Assembly: GCA_026026165.1 (NCBI GenBank)
Contig: JAPEUD010000040.1
Location: forward strand, 124,001-188,000
Direction: 5' to 3'
Length of the DNA: 64,000 bases
Origin: Sarea resinae
Taxonomy: Eukaryota
Shown here in pieces: positions 26,695 to 40,000 of this stretch (position 1 is its first letter; each line of letters starts with the position of its first letter). The translations under genes were made by a program, and so were the position numbers. The notes under the pieces were generated by a model. The model did not search any database and was not told the origin of the DNA. It saw only the letters and a program-made list of their open reading frames with translations.

Positions 26695-29600
26695 ATGGTA
26701 AGTCTCTTGCCTTGAGATCTTCCGATCCGGACATTGATGTCAGTATAGGTGCTCTACAAGCGGAAGCCGGTACAATATGTCCCGCAACCGTCGATTGAAG
26801 ATGAAGATGTCGATGTGAGTGCTCGACATTTATTTCGCCCGTGAGAAATCTCTAACGCAGGCTCGTAGGTTTGGGTCATTGGCCAAACCGGTGAAATATT
26901 CACTAGATATGAAGACTATCTACAGCGGTAAGTTCAGACCATATGTATCTCTGGTGAATCAAACTAACTTTATTTAGAATGGACTTCTACAAACAGGTCT
27001 GCCGCTAACAGCTTTTCTCTTTTGTGCCTGAGTACTAACCTCTCCTGCAGAAGCGGTTCATCTGCGAAATCACCGGCCGTTCCTCACTAACCTTCTTTGA
27101 TGCACTTGATTTGGAGGCGAGCCACCCTTCTCTCCATTGTGCTACTGAAGTACTAGGGCAAATCTCTGACGACTTGCCTTGCAGGAATCGCATGCCAGTG
27201 ATGTTGACTTCTACTTTCCCGATGCTTTGAAGGAGCCGATTCTTCGAAAAGTGCAATTTTCCACGGTCTCACGGATCGACAGTCTCGGTTGGTTCCCTAC
27301 TTTGACTAAACTGAAGGCTCATTGCTGACTTACTTTCTCCAGTTGACCAACTTTTTGAGGTCGGTGCATGCATTGCGTACCCTGGTTTTCTTCATACTGA
27401 TCTTTCGCAGGAATTCCGATTAGATTTTTACCCAGGCGAAAATGTGACCGTTTTCCTCGACAGCGGCAAACGTCTAAAGGGGATCATACGTGACAAAGCG
27501 AAATTTCCTGAGCTCCTCAAGTCGGATGGTACCGTCGAACGAAAGGCATTTGCGAGGTATTTTGTCAAGCTTATGAACCGACCCCACGAAGAGGCCCTCG
27601 TCGACGACGAACACATCCAGAGGGACAGAAAAACCTTCACCAAGCAGATCCTGCGGTCGTTTATCAAGACAACGGTAACTCGAGAAGCCTGGACCGGTGC
27701 TCCGTGGATTGTCAAGGAAAAAGTAGCCAGAGATTTACGCATCGATACTGAAGTCCCACCCAACCTCCGACAAAAGCCCGACGTGCCCGAGAAGAAAGCG
27801 TCGCAGGTCTCCAAAAAGGGCGAGCATGGGGGAGCGGTGCTGCATTTCCAGAGTGTGCCGGCCAAGTTGCCCCAACTAAAGCCGGCCTCCAACAGCCACA
27901 AGAGCAAACTTACCCAGCAGCAGATCGCCAGAAATAAGCAAGAACAGTATGCAGAGTACCAGCGCGCATTAAAGGGGAGCCCGGGTTTTGGGGATGTTCC
28001 TCAGACCAATGGGAGTGCCAAATTCGTCCACTACGACAACCATACAAACGGCTTTCCCCCCATCGCCGCCAAAGGCTCACCGAAGCCGCCCCCGCCTCCT
28101 CCAATCAAGTACCCCATTGAAGACCTTGAAATTCGGCCACTACGTGACGGTACCCATCGACCGGTATTGAAGTTCCTCTCTTCTGGCTCGGCTACGACAA
28201 ACAAGAAAGCTCGCGCTAGCAGCCATGGCCTACGGATGGAGCTCGTCGGCCCGGCATTGGAAACGTGGAACACTCTGAATGTCTTTTGCGAGATTTTTGT
28301 TTTGGATTCCTTCACATTTGATGATTTCCTGGAGTGTCTGCAGATCTTTTCCGAGGACCTGGCATGCGAACTCTTCGTGGAAATCCACTGTGCGGTATTG
28401 AAACTCTTAGTGGATGAAGATGGTAAAGTCATGATATCGTTGCCTGATATGCCAGAGGAGGAAAGCGAAGAAGAGGAGTCGGAGAATGATACGAGTGCGA
28501 TCCCAACACCAACTCCGGAGCCTGAAGTGCCCGTGGGGCGGACGACGAGGAGCAGTCTAGCAAAGTCCGAAGCAGCACAGCTGAGAGCGCAAGCGACACG
28601 GAGTAGATCTTCGTCCATCGACACGAAGAACCATATGGCGCCTGAGATGTTGGGAGATGTTGGATGGGTTGAGCGGCTGAAGAACCGAGACTTCAGCAAT
28701 GGTGGATGGCAGACCATAATCGTGGGACTACTCTATCAATTATCTTTGGACCCGCGACACAAGAAACCCTGTGAAGAGATTCTGGCCCAGCTAGCGCCGT
28801 TGGATGACGATCCTAGTCAGGCTACAGCCAAGATGAATTACGCAAGCATGGATGTTAACCTCCGCGTCAAAGCGCTACAGATCATCTGCCTTCTCACGAT
28901 GCAAACAAAGGTCGTCCGATCATATATGGAAGAGTGCGCCGAGTCTATGACAGCGTTCCGGAAGGAGAAGATTGTGTGGCAACGAGCACGAAAGGATGCG
29001 TAAGTGACTTTGGACCTCTGATTAGTGATCTTGCTGATTCGTCCTAGGATGGAAGAATTACGCGTCTTAGATGAGGAGCGAAAGCAACTTCTACCCGAGC
29101 CCGAAGAGACCCCTCAGCCAGCCGAGGAGGCAAGTCCTGATGTGACTATGGTCGACGCAGATGGTACAGAAGAGGAAGAGATTCCAGATACCGAGGACGA
29201 AGAGCCGCATACGGGCCGTTCACTACGACGTGCGAATGACCGTGCGGCTGAACGAAAACGAAAGCGTGACGAGGAGAAAGCCAAGAAGGAAAAGGCCGAG
29301 GCAGCAGCGAAGCAGCCAAAGCTGTCGCCACACGTGAAGAAGGTGCTGAAGGATATCGAGAAGAAAAAGGAACGGATCAAGGAATGCGAAGATCAAGTGG
29401 CTGTGCTGGATAACGACTTGAGGGAGGCCGACTGCTTCCGGACGAGAGTACTGGGGAAGGACCGATTCTGGAACCGGTACTACTGGTTTGAGCGAAATGG
29501 GATGCCGTATGGGGGATTGCCGAATAGCTCGACGGCCGATGCCGACTATGCCAATGGGTGTCTGTGGGTTCAGGGGCCGGATGACATGGAGCGCGAGGGC

Positions 29601-30155
29601 TTTATCGAGATACCCGAGGAAGACAACAAGCGGTACCGCAAAGCGTTCGGATGCAGCGTCAACGAGCGCAAGAAGCTAGAAGAGGGCTCCACCAACGTCT
29701 TCACGGCTATGCAATGGGGCTATTACGACGACCCGGACTCGCTCGATATGCTCATCGGATGGCTCGACGCGCGCGGGAATCGCGAGCTGAAGTTGCGCAA
29801 GGAGCTGCAGGTGCAGCGCGAGAAGATCACCCATCACATGAAGAAGCGGAAGGAGTACCTGACGACGGCGGAGGAGAAGAAGAAGGCCAAGGCGGCGCCT
29901 GAGGACGGGCCACCGACGCGCATGTCGACGCGCACCAAGACGTATGTCGACCCGGCCGAGCATCGCTGTCTGGCGTGGAAGAACACGACGGCAATGGAAG
30001 AGATTGGCCATCTGCATTCGGAGGAGGCGCGGCGTGTGGCGAAAAAGGTGTCGTCGAAGAAGAAGGGAGAGGTACCGGCGAGAGAAACGAGGGCGGCGGC
30101 GACGAAGAAGCAGGGTAAAGGGGTTGGGAGACAGGGCACACGGCATACGCTATAG
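26695..30155 (+). CDS. ITC1: ISWI (ISW2/ACF) complex regulatory subunit Itc1/Acf1: WAC, DDT and WHIM domains; 9 exons
   Basis: Spliced N-terminus MVLYKRKPV..VWVIGQTGEIFTRYEDYLQRMDFYKQKRFICEITG (WAC); KYPIEDL; ETWNTLNVFCEIFVLDSFTFDDF (DDT); LGKDRFWNRYYWFE and WLDARGNRELKL (WHIM). Confidence 0.93.
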
Positions 30156-31221
30156 ATGGTTCGTTTGGGAAGAAGCAACGGGTGCGAGGGACTGTGTTTC
30201 TTTGGGGAATGGGACAATCGTGGGTCGGGCGGGGGGCGGCCGGGCAATGAATTTACGACTGACCTCTTTTGATGATGACGGGGACCCAAAAAGCGGTTGA
30301 AAACTTGGTTGGTTGCTTGGTTGGTTGGTTGCGTGCATATCACATACCCATGTTGAGACCCCATGGTTATTTCTTTTTTTTTTTTCCTTCTTCTAGCTGT
30401 CTCATGTGGCGAAGTGGATGGAGTGGACGGTGTAGATGGAAAGGATGGAACGGACGGAGTAGATAGGGTTAAGACTTTAGGTCCGGGCGGCTGATTCAAA
30501 TGTCTATAGACAGATGGAAAGCTTTCTCATCTCGGCTTGGGCGGGCCTCACATGGGCTGATGTGATGTGATGTGAATGTGAATGTGAATGTGATTGGGGA
30601 TGACCCGACTTGGATTGACTTCTTTTTTTTTTTCGCATAGATGGGCTTCTGGGTGTTTTCTTTTGTAGAAGAAGAAGAAGAAGAGAGGGAGGAGGTGGAA
30701 GAGGAAATGTAGGAGGAGGAACTTCTAGAAGAGAAAGATTGGCGTTGATACCTGAGGGTATGATTACAACAACCACAACAACAACCACTCTACCCCTCTG
30801 TCCATCCTTGATCAGTCCTTGACCCTTGATCCTTACTCCCTACTCAACTCAGACTCTGCACTCCTTGAAACCTCTTAAAACTCCTCAGTCCAACTGATGT
30901 GACTTGATCGGATTAATTCCAACCACATCACATCATATCATATCATATCATATCAGTTCAAATCAAATCAAATCGCGTCACATCAACTCATCTTCTTTGG
31001 ATAAATCATGGCCGCTCCTATCCTGCATACTATTGATTGCCCGCTGATAAGACGTCTAATGATATTTGATTTGGAAAAAAAAAAACAAAAGCTACTGCTA
31101 CCATAGCCGTGCGGTTCGAGACCGAAACAATCGACATCTGACATAGAATGGCTCGGCTCGAGGGGTCTGGCTCAAGGTATGTATGTACCCAGCATTACCC
31201 CCCCGAGCGTGGGTGCGACAG

Positions 31222-32693
31222 CTACTGTACTTGCTCTGTCGCGACGTCAAACAGGGAGTCAACCAGACTGCTCTTCGCCTTGCCGAGCTGCAGCACCGCC
31301 TCGATCTCGTCGTCGACGTTCTGCAGGAACCGGTCCTTGCTCCACGCCGGCTTCCACCCGAGCCGGTACGGGTTCTCGGACACGATGGTGTCGCTAGAAT
31401 ATTTGGTCAGATGTGCTTTCGACGACGGGACGAGACGTTCGATCCGCAAAGGGGGAGGGGGGAGGACGTACCCTGAGTTCCACATGAGTTGCACGAATTG
31501 GAGCGGGATGCCCAGGGATTCCGCGGCGAATTCATCGCTGGGCCACAGCTGCGGCGTCGGATCTGTGACGAGACCGCGGGCTTGGAGGGCGACGGCCAGG
31601 TGTTCCAGGAACTCCGGCTGGATGTAGTCGTGGGCCAGGGCGAAGTAGTAGCCGTCCACTCCGCTCGGGGGCGTCTCTTTCTGGAGGATCTTCTCGACGA
31701 GGAGCCCATAAAGGGCGGTCAGATCGGAGATGTGCACCCCGGACGCTTTCTGCGGGAATGGGTCAGTGCAGATGCTCGACTACTTGCGGGTTTCCTCTCT
31801 TACAGTATTCTCGGCGAATCTGTAGACCTTCTTCCGCGAGATGAAGGCCTGGACGAGGACTGGAAGTACCACGGACAGCTTGTTCCATTCGCCGCTGCCT
31901 TTGCCGTCTAGGAAGGACGTTCAGTCGGAAGGAGAGCAAGTATCATTGCTTCTACAGTGGCACTCACAGACTAGGGGAGGCACAACGATGAAGCTGGTTA
32001 CTCCCCGTGCTTTGGCATGTTCGATAACAGCAACATCAGTCTGCGCGAGTTAGAACTGGAGTTTAATCCTCATCATATATCGGCCATACCTTTCGGATGG
32101 GAAAAGAATCCGCCAATTGCTTCTCCCGATCAAACACGGCGCGGGTGTCTTTGGTCTCGTTCTGTGGCCAAGCGGTACTTTCGAAGAAAGCGCTCATTCC
32201 CGACGTCTGCCTCGCGGTGAGCAGGTGATGGGACAGAGAGGATCGGACTTACGTGGATGAAATAGGTTTGCTGCCCGCTGACCTCGCGCTGTTTACTTAG
32301 GGCGGCGATCAGGTGCAGCGCTGGCCTGGGGTCTATTGAGCTTGCGGTGTTGATGGCAATGCCGACTAGGAACAGTCAGCCAAATCCGTCTGCGTGAGAA
32401 GAAGGTCCGTACTGTTGTGGCGCAAGACACTGTCGACGACGGCCTTTTCGTCGGTCAGGTCGAGCTGGAGCACATTGATGCCCGATTTCGACAAGGCATT
32501 GGCCTGTTCTGCGGACCTCACCGCCGCAGTGATCTGCTCCTTTTTGATCAGAGTGCTGTTGCTGGCCAGAAAGTCGGCCACGACGGAACCGCCTCTGTCG
32601 AGAGGTTAGTTCCCAGGTATCGACGAATCTCACTTTTAATTGTCAATCATACATGTAGCCAGCGGCGCCAGTGATGAGGATATTGGAGCCCAT
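31222..32693 (-). CDS. NAD(P)-binding Rossmann-fold oxidoreductase (extended SDR/epimerase-like); multi-exon
   Basis: MGSNILITGAAGY|IGGSV glycine-rich motif; YFIH|TSG; VVPPLV|YGKGSG; VHISDL; GYYFA; LGWKP; splices checked as frame-consistent. Confidence 0.85.
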
Positions 32694-33578
32694 GATGCTC
32701 GTGACTGAAGATAGGCAACCTGTCTGCGTTATGCACCGGATTTCCACGTGGGCGGACAAGGCGTTTGAGACGGAGACTGAGCAATTGCGGTCGAATGAAT
32801 CAACCTGTTTGTATATCGGGGTCTCTTAGAACATGGTGAACTATGATACAGTGCTTCCTTATAGCCATCATTGCGGTAGATATCGTCTTTGCGGTGGATA
32901 TCATCTTCGACGGTTTTGTCATCCAAGTGATGTGATCCAAGTTTTGTCATCACAGCTGCAAGTGCAGCCACGGACCAGGATACGAGGCCGGTTAATGATT
33001 GCATACCGCCCTGAGGTTTGCCGGTGAACGTCTTGGAGGACCAAATTCCCCATTCCCCACGGCGGCACGCTTTGAGGGTCTGACTATGGAATCTGAGTAC
33101 TATGCATACAACGAGGGTTTGAGGGGTGAGGGAGGCATTGAGGGTGGTGACAGTCTGCTTACAGTACCTTGCCTTACCTTTCTCGTCGCCATGGTCCTTC
33201 GGACAAGAATAGCGACATGGCAACATTCCAACCCCGGATTTCCAATCTCGCTGCAGGACACTGACCCGCGGGGGATTGGTAATCGTGATTATCGACCACG
33301 CGAACCACCATTGCTACTGCTATGGCTATTGCCATTGTTGCGGACAACGAATGAGCCTGAATGCTTGCGCTTGAGTAGCCGGGCTGGTATTCGGACTGCG
33401 GATGAGCATGTCTTGACTATTATTGTTATATACCATGGAGACGGACAGAAGCTCGAGTTCCTCTTCCTGTTCCAAGCCCCCTCCTCACTGAACGCCCCTC
33501 CTCTTCGCCCCCATAGCTAGCCAATATCAAATCTCGAATCCCATTGAACTGCACTGAACCAAACCAAACTGCCAAACC

Positions 33579-34709
33579 ATGGCCACCGCATCCCCCATCA
33601 TCCTGATCCTCGGCGCCGGGCCCAATGTCGGGCACGCCGTCGCCCGCGCCTTTGCAGCAACGGGCTACCGCGTCGCGCTGGCATCGCGAACAGGAAAAGG
33701 CAAAGCGGAAGACGGCGCGGCGGATCAGCTGCACATCGCGAGCGACCTGTCGGACCCGCAGGCCGTGGTGGGTGTGTTTGAGAAAGTCGAGGCATCCCTG
33801 GGCCAGCCGCCCAGCGTGGTCGTGTATAATGGTCCGCCACCCCCATTTTCCCCTTTTTCAATGGAAATGTGAAAGAAACCACTGCTGCTACTACTGCTAC
33901 TGCTACTACTGACCGCAATGTCTTGATTGATATCACTGAAAATCAAAAAAAAAAACTGATCCCTTTCTCTCTCCCCGCAGCGTATGCCAACACGCCCAAC
34001 CCTCCCACCGATCCCCTCTCAATCTCGCCCACCGACTTCGCGCGCGACCTAGCCGTCAACACGACCAGCGCCTTCGTGGCCGCGCAGCAAGCCGTGCGCG
34101 GCTTCGCGCAGCTGGCCGGCCCCTCACCCACCAAAGTCGCCGCCGACACCATCACTACCACCACCACTGACACCACTGCTGCTGCTACTGCGACTGCGTC
34201 TGCATCCAAGACGTTCATCTACACCGGCAACATCCTGAACACGATGACCGTGGCCCCGCTGCTGGACCTCGGCGTCGGCAAATCGGCGACGGCGCACATG
34301 ATCCAGTCGGCCGCGGCAGCGTATGCGGATCGAGGTTTCAAGTGAGTAGGGTCTCTATCTGCCTTACCTATACCTTACCTTTGCCTTACCCTGCCCTACC
34401 TTACCTTGCCCTGCCTTACCTAGCTTAGTTTATGCTATTGAGAATCCCCTCCCCCCTGGCCCCTTTTTTCCCTCTTCTATTTTTTTTTCTCTTTTTGGGG
34501 GAGTAGTGGGCCCGCAGAGCATCACACTCACAAAACACAGGTTCTACTACGCCGACGAGCGCAAGCCCGACGGCTCGCCCTGCTATTCCGGCGTTGACGG
34601 CGACGCGCATGCGCGGTTCTATGTGCAGCTGGCCGGCGAGGACGATGCGCAGGGCCAGGGGCCGTGGCTGCAGACATTTGTCAAGGGGATTGGGTATCAG
34701 CGATTTTAG
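33579..34709 (+). CDS. Atypical short-chain dehydrogenase/reductase; 3 exons
   Basis: IILILGAGPNVG, VALASR, VVVYN|AA, DLAVNTTS, TFIYTGN, LGVGKSATAH (no catalytic Tyr), F|YYADER; introns approx. 33832-33980 and 34343-34540. Confidence 0.85.
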
Positions 34710-34759
34710 TGTGTTGTAATGTGATGTGATGTCGGGAGAGGAGAGGAGAGCTGGGTTTG

Positions 34760-34760
34760 G

Positions 34761-34811
<51 letters not shown>
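34760..34811. repeat. (GTTGCT)n hexanucleotide microsatellite
   Basis: About 8 direct copies visible. Confidence 0.9.
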
Positions 34812-36180
34812 GTCGGTTGCAGGAGAGAGGAACGGAGGGAGGAACGCAGGGAGGCAGGAAGGGAGGCAGGGAGATTTCTCGAATCCTGTGATATCTATGG
34901 TCAGAGATATGGTCGGAGATATAGTCATAGAGATGACCATCTGTTACTACTCACTACCAGGAGCTTCATTGGTGATATATTGAAGTGGTGATATGTTGAG
35001 GTGGTGAGGTGGTGAGGTGGTGATAGAGTGGCTATTAGTGGTAGGTGATAGGGTGTAGTCTAGTGAAGTGGAAAAGGTGGGTGATATAGTGATATAATAT
35101 GGTGGTATAGTGAGGTAAGTAAGGTAGTTAACATACAGTATAGCTTAGTTCTTATAGTCATTGCAGTCTAGTCGTAGGAAAGAGGGAGAGTGAGGTAGAT
35201 GATATGTTGACATGGTGTATGGTGGTATAATAATGTGCGCTGTGCTTCAAATCACTACAGTCATCATACCTACCTAGCCATATAGTATAGCCACCTAGGC
35301 ATATACATCCATATAGCCTACCCGAATGTTTCAATATTTCAACAATCTTAGATAGCTAGAGTACAATACACAATCCAATTCAATCCAATCCAGTTCAGTC
35401 CAACACTCCATGGATAGAGATACTCTGCATGCTCTCTACCCCAATTACCAAGTATCTAGTACGAGGACGAGGACCAGGACGAGGACGAGTATCTGGAGTG
35501 CTTGAGACAGAAAGCACGAAAGCACGAAAGTCGTCTAGGATCGAGGATTGACAAGCACTGTTGACAGCTCATGACCGACTGATTGTGTGTGATATGATAT
35601 GATATGATAACACGACTCGCGATGGACAATGGACGAGGAACGATGGCGATGGCGATGGCGATGGCGACGGACCATCAGAGTATCAGAGAATTAGAGCAGA
35701 TCAAGGCAGAAAAGCGAATAACTAAGGCATGGCTTGCTTGCTTGCTTGCTAAGAATGAGCTAGGCCTATCCATCTATCATCTATCCATCCATCCATCCAT
35801 CCATCCATGATCCATTGACACCCATCACTTGATCCCTCATCCGTCTAATTGCTCAACACCCATGACCACTGTCGCCAGTAACCTCGATAAAAAAAAAAGA
35901 GAAGAGAAAACCACCCAGATGTCGTGAGACGCTTTCGTATAAAGTGATGAACTTTTCGTTGCCGCTGTTGCTATTATCGTCGCCCGTGTCATGCGATTGC
36001 GCATGAGTGATGGTGAGATGAGAAGTGAGAATTGAGAATTGAGAACTGAAAACAAAAAGACCGGTCCCTAACTCGTTCTATTGCGCAACCCTGGAGATGA
36101 GAGGTCAACCTGAGAGAAGAGTCGAGTCGAGTCGAGTGCAGGTCAGATTACAGTGTCGGCCGCACCGATACGACTGATGG

Positions 36181-37099
36181 TCATCCCTTCTTCCTCCTCT
36201 CGTCGAAGCTCAGCAACTGCTTCAGGCTCCCCGGTCCCTCTGCCACACCCGCACTCGGCAACGTGTATTTCTTCTCGTAAAGTAACTCGTTTTGCTGCGC
36301 TGTCCCAGACTGAGCCCTGGTATTGGCTGCGGTGTTGGCCTTTAATGACGCCGATGAGCCAGTGCGGTTGGTGGGGGCGAGACTAGCCGGGGCCGACGGT
36401 GTAAACGGCGTTACCAGATCAATAGACCGAGGCGACGCCGACGCACTATAAGACGGGTTGTGTCGCGGGGGCAGAGGACGATTCGACAGACCGTACGAGG
36501 GATTGTTTGTACTTGTGGAGACCGAGGACGCCGGCGTCATGGCGTGCGACAGGGAGGGCGTCGTCGCAGCCGACGAATACTGAGAATGTCGATGATAGTG
36601 CTGCAACGACGGCGGGCGAGGAAGGTTGGAGATGGTCATGTGGAATTGCTGCAGATAGGCTTGCGCGACCGATGGACGACGCTCGTTACTGTTACTGCTG
36701 GTCGGACTAGTAGAGTGCGGTGGAGATTTGGGACTGGGTGGGCAGAAGTATGTGGGTGTCGTTCGGGCGGTCGGCGACCGTTGCGGCACAATGTCTCGTA
36801 TGGGATATTCATCGCCAGATGGGTTCGAGAAAGGTGAGAGAGGCGGTGAGGGGGAGGAATTGAAAATCGCGTAGGTGGGAGATTTGTTACTGTCTTTTCG
36901 ACGGCAGCTGTTTTTGTGCTCTGTCAGAAATTGTTTGCGATAAAAAAAAAGGCAGCGACCGTACCTTTCTGAGCAGTAGAGGATCGAGTTGTTAGGGACG
37001 ATGATTTGCTTCTCGCATGTTGCGCTACCACGAGTCAGTCAACCGTCCATAATCTCTCTTCCGTCTGACTCACCAAAATTGTAGGAAGCTGGCCGCCAT
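36181..37099 (-). CDS. Ecl1-family (extender of chronological lifespan) zinc-binding protein, 270 aa
   Basis: Exons 37099-37074, 37024-36965 and 36907-36181 splice in frame to MAASFLQFCATCEKQIIVPNNSILYCSESCRRKD (CxxC...YCSxxC..D) followed by a Ser/Pro-rich tail. Confidence 0.82.
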
Positions 37100-40000
37100 G
37101 CCTTCCTCTTCTTCCTTGACCAGACTCCTGCTCCAACCCGCACCGACTTTTTGCACGCCCTGCGGCGTCTTTCTCCGTGTCAAAGGAGGCGGGCGGTGCG
37201 GTCGGGCATGAGAAGGCAAAGGATTTTTGGCATGAGGGGAGCGAGGATTATTTTGCTGAGGAGATGGCGGATGTTGGTGTTGGATCGTCATGATTTATGC
37301 CGGAATCAGGAACAATCAGATCGACCGCGATCTGATTTGATTTGTTTCGGATTACCAAGGGGGAGATCACCGGGTGTCGCGTGCAGGGCCGAGACACGTA
37401 CTGGATCGGTGGTGGGACCGGCAACCGGGACAGAGCGAGAGAGGCGCACACGATGGCAAATCCCTGGGTCGCACTTGACTCGCCCGGCTTGTGCCTCCTC
37501 GCGTTCTCTGAGGGATCACAAGTGTGAAAGTGATTTCCAGCAAGGTGTGAGTGAAGTGACCCTCGCTGCCACCTCGTCACTTTGGTATTGTTCTGGGGAT
37601 TTCTGCTACCGACTGGTATGAATGAATGGGCCGGCTGTGGTATGTAGACCTTCCGACGGGCCCGTCGCACGGCTCGCACCACTCACTCGGCAAGCAGTGT
37701 GAATGTGAATGTGAATGTGATTGTGATGGTGACAGGAAAAGTCTGCCAGCAGCTAGATCCCCGAACCCGGACCCAGAACCTAGCCTGAGACGGATCGTAC
37801 AGATGATCGGTTCTTGGTCTGTGAATGGAAGGCCAGAGAGCTGGCGGTAGGCGGCGGGCGGCAGGAACAACAATGATCAAAGAGATTGTTGGTTGGCGTC
37901 AAGCACAACGATGGCGGTGAATCCAAAGGATAAATCGTATGTTTCTACGGCGGGAGACCGACGGGTGGTGGAGGGAGAAGACGACGGTCAATGGTGGGGT
38001 TGCTCCTATTGTATGCTTTCTCGATGGCCGAGGCTCTCACAAGCCTTGATTCTCGCTCGAGTCGCCTTCAAGGGCAGGCCGATATCGATATCTAGTCCGG
38101 AGTGCAACATGAGCGATGGTGTTGCTTGGATGATCGGATCAAGCAAAAGATTGACAGGATGGACAAGAGGGACGCAAACGAACGCAAGGCCGCGATGTGA
38201 TTCGACCGAGGGGAGGGGAGTAGGGGGAGTAGGGGCAGCAGGAGGAGTGGCTTATCGGGATATCAGGAACTCAAGGGACTTGGGGGCAGAGATAGAGAAT
38301 AGGCGACGGGAGAAAGAGGAATCCGAGGGGCGAAGAGAACGAGGGACGAGGTCCGAGAACGGCGATTACAGCGAATCCAATGTACTAACCTACTCACTCA
38401 CTCGAGCACTTTTACAACTTCCTTTCTTTCTCTTCTCTCTCTGTCTCTGGCAACACGAGCAATCCAGCTCAGCTTCAATATCCCGTCCGCGGCAGGGCAC
38501 ACCCAGGCAAGGTTTCCAATCCAATCCACTCCACTCCAATCTCCAGATCCCCAGCGGCGGACAGGGAAGAGGAATGTGACTGTGGAAATGCCAGATCGAC
38601 CCGTCCGATCTCGATGCTGCAATGCAGTCCGCCGTCGCGCCGTGTGTTCGTTCGTCTTTCGGTTTGCAGGCCGGCAGGCGGGCAGATGTGAGATATAACA
38701 ATGATAGATTTCAATTTCTTGTGATGCAATGGTAGTAGCAGCAGCAATAGTAGTGGTAGAGTAAAGGATATCAGCCTGGTTGGGCTCTTCCTTGCGTCAA
38801 TCACCAGAGATGAAGACAAGCAGTCGTTGTCAAAGGGATCTGCCGGTCGCTTTCAGTCGGAAATGTGAGAGAGGACATTCACGGTCTAGTTATAAGATCT
38901 GTCCAAACCATCCGCATCATCAGGCCGATGAATCACGAATCCCCGTCGTCGTATGCTGCACACGCCTCGGCCAGAGCGAATGGGGTACCGGCGAGCTCAA
39001 CGGTGGGGATCACCTCATCGAGCGCGATCCATGACCATCAATGACAATTCCCTTAGCTAAATGCCACCATAATAGAGTTACCCCTTCTCCCCTTCTTACT
39101 GCTTTCGACGATGCTCTTCTGCTCTGGCCGACATCATTCGCTGCCGGTGACATCTCGGATTACTCTATCCATACGCTTAGACTGTACCTTGCTGTAGCAC
39201 TCTATCCCTCCAGACTGACCGAAAATAAAGCATTGGATGCCCGTACGGAGTACACTCGTACACCGAGAGCGTTCCAGTGATTCGTGTCGACGTCGGGTCG
39301 ACCGCACGACGCATCCGTACTAGAGTTGGGAAGCCGACGGCTGGGCTCCACAACAACTTACCACCACAGCGCCCCGGGGTTTCGTTGCAGACTGCTACGA
39401 ACTACATGCTCTACTCCGTACTTGCTGTCCTCCTGTAAGCGCTTGTCTAGTTGTCTGTCTGTCTGCCAGGGCACTGCCGCTGCCGCTGCCAGGACGGCCA
39501 GTCCTACATGCGGACCGTACTCGTAGAGCAGTGAGAAGAATGTGAGAGAATGTGAGAGATCTCGAGAGTCAATTATGCCATCGAATCATTGATGCACTTG
39601 CTCCAGCAATGCGGCCCTGGTGGATTGGGTGGAGGTTGATACATCTCCACGTCGAGACAGATGAGAACCCGCAGAGTCCAGTTGACAACAGTGACTTCGA
39701 TGCGGACCTCGCTCCGGCATCACCACCACGGCCTCCCTTGCGGGCATTATTGCATCAATCTGTGCATCCATGAACCAAGCACCTCACCAACCGACAGCGC
39801 AGGAGGAAACACGCTGCAAAACAACCAGCCAATCGAGTCCGTCGGCACACTGCCTCGAACCCTTCCTGCCTGCTGCGTGATATCCACGGCACGTTCACAT
39901 GAACGGAACGGGATATTGCGTATCTCCCTGACATGGCCTGGGCGATCGATCATCATGGCGGACGGGCACCTTGATGCTCGCTCCCGTCACGCCCTCGATC

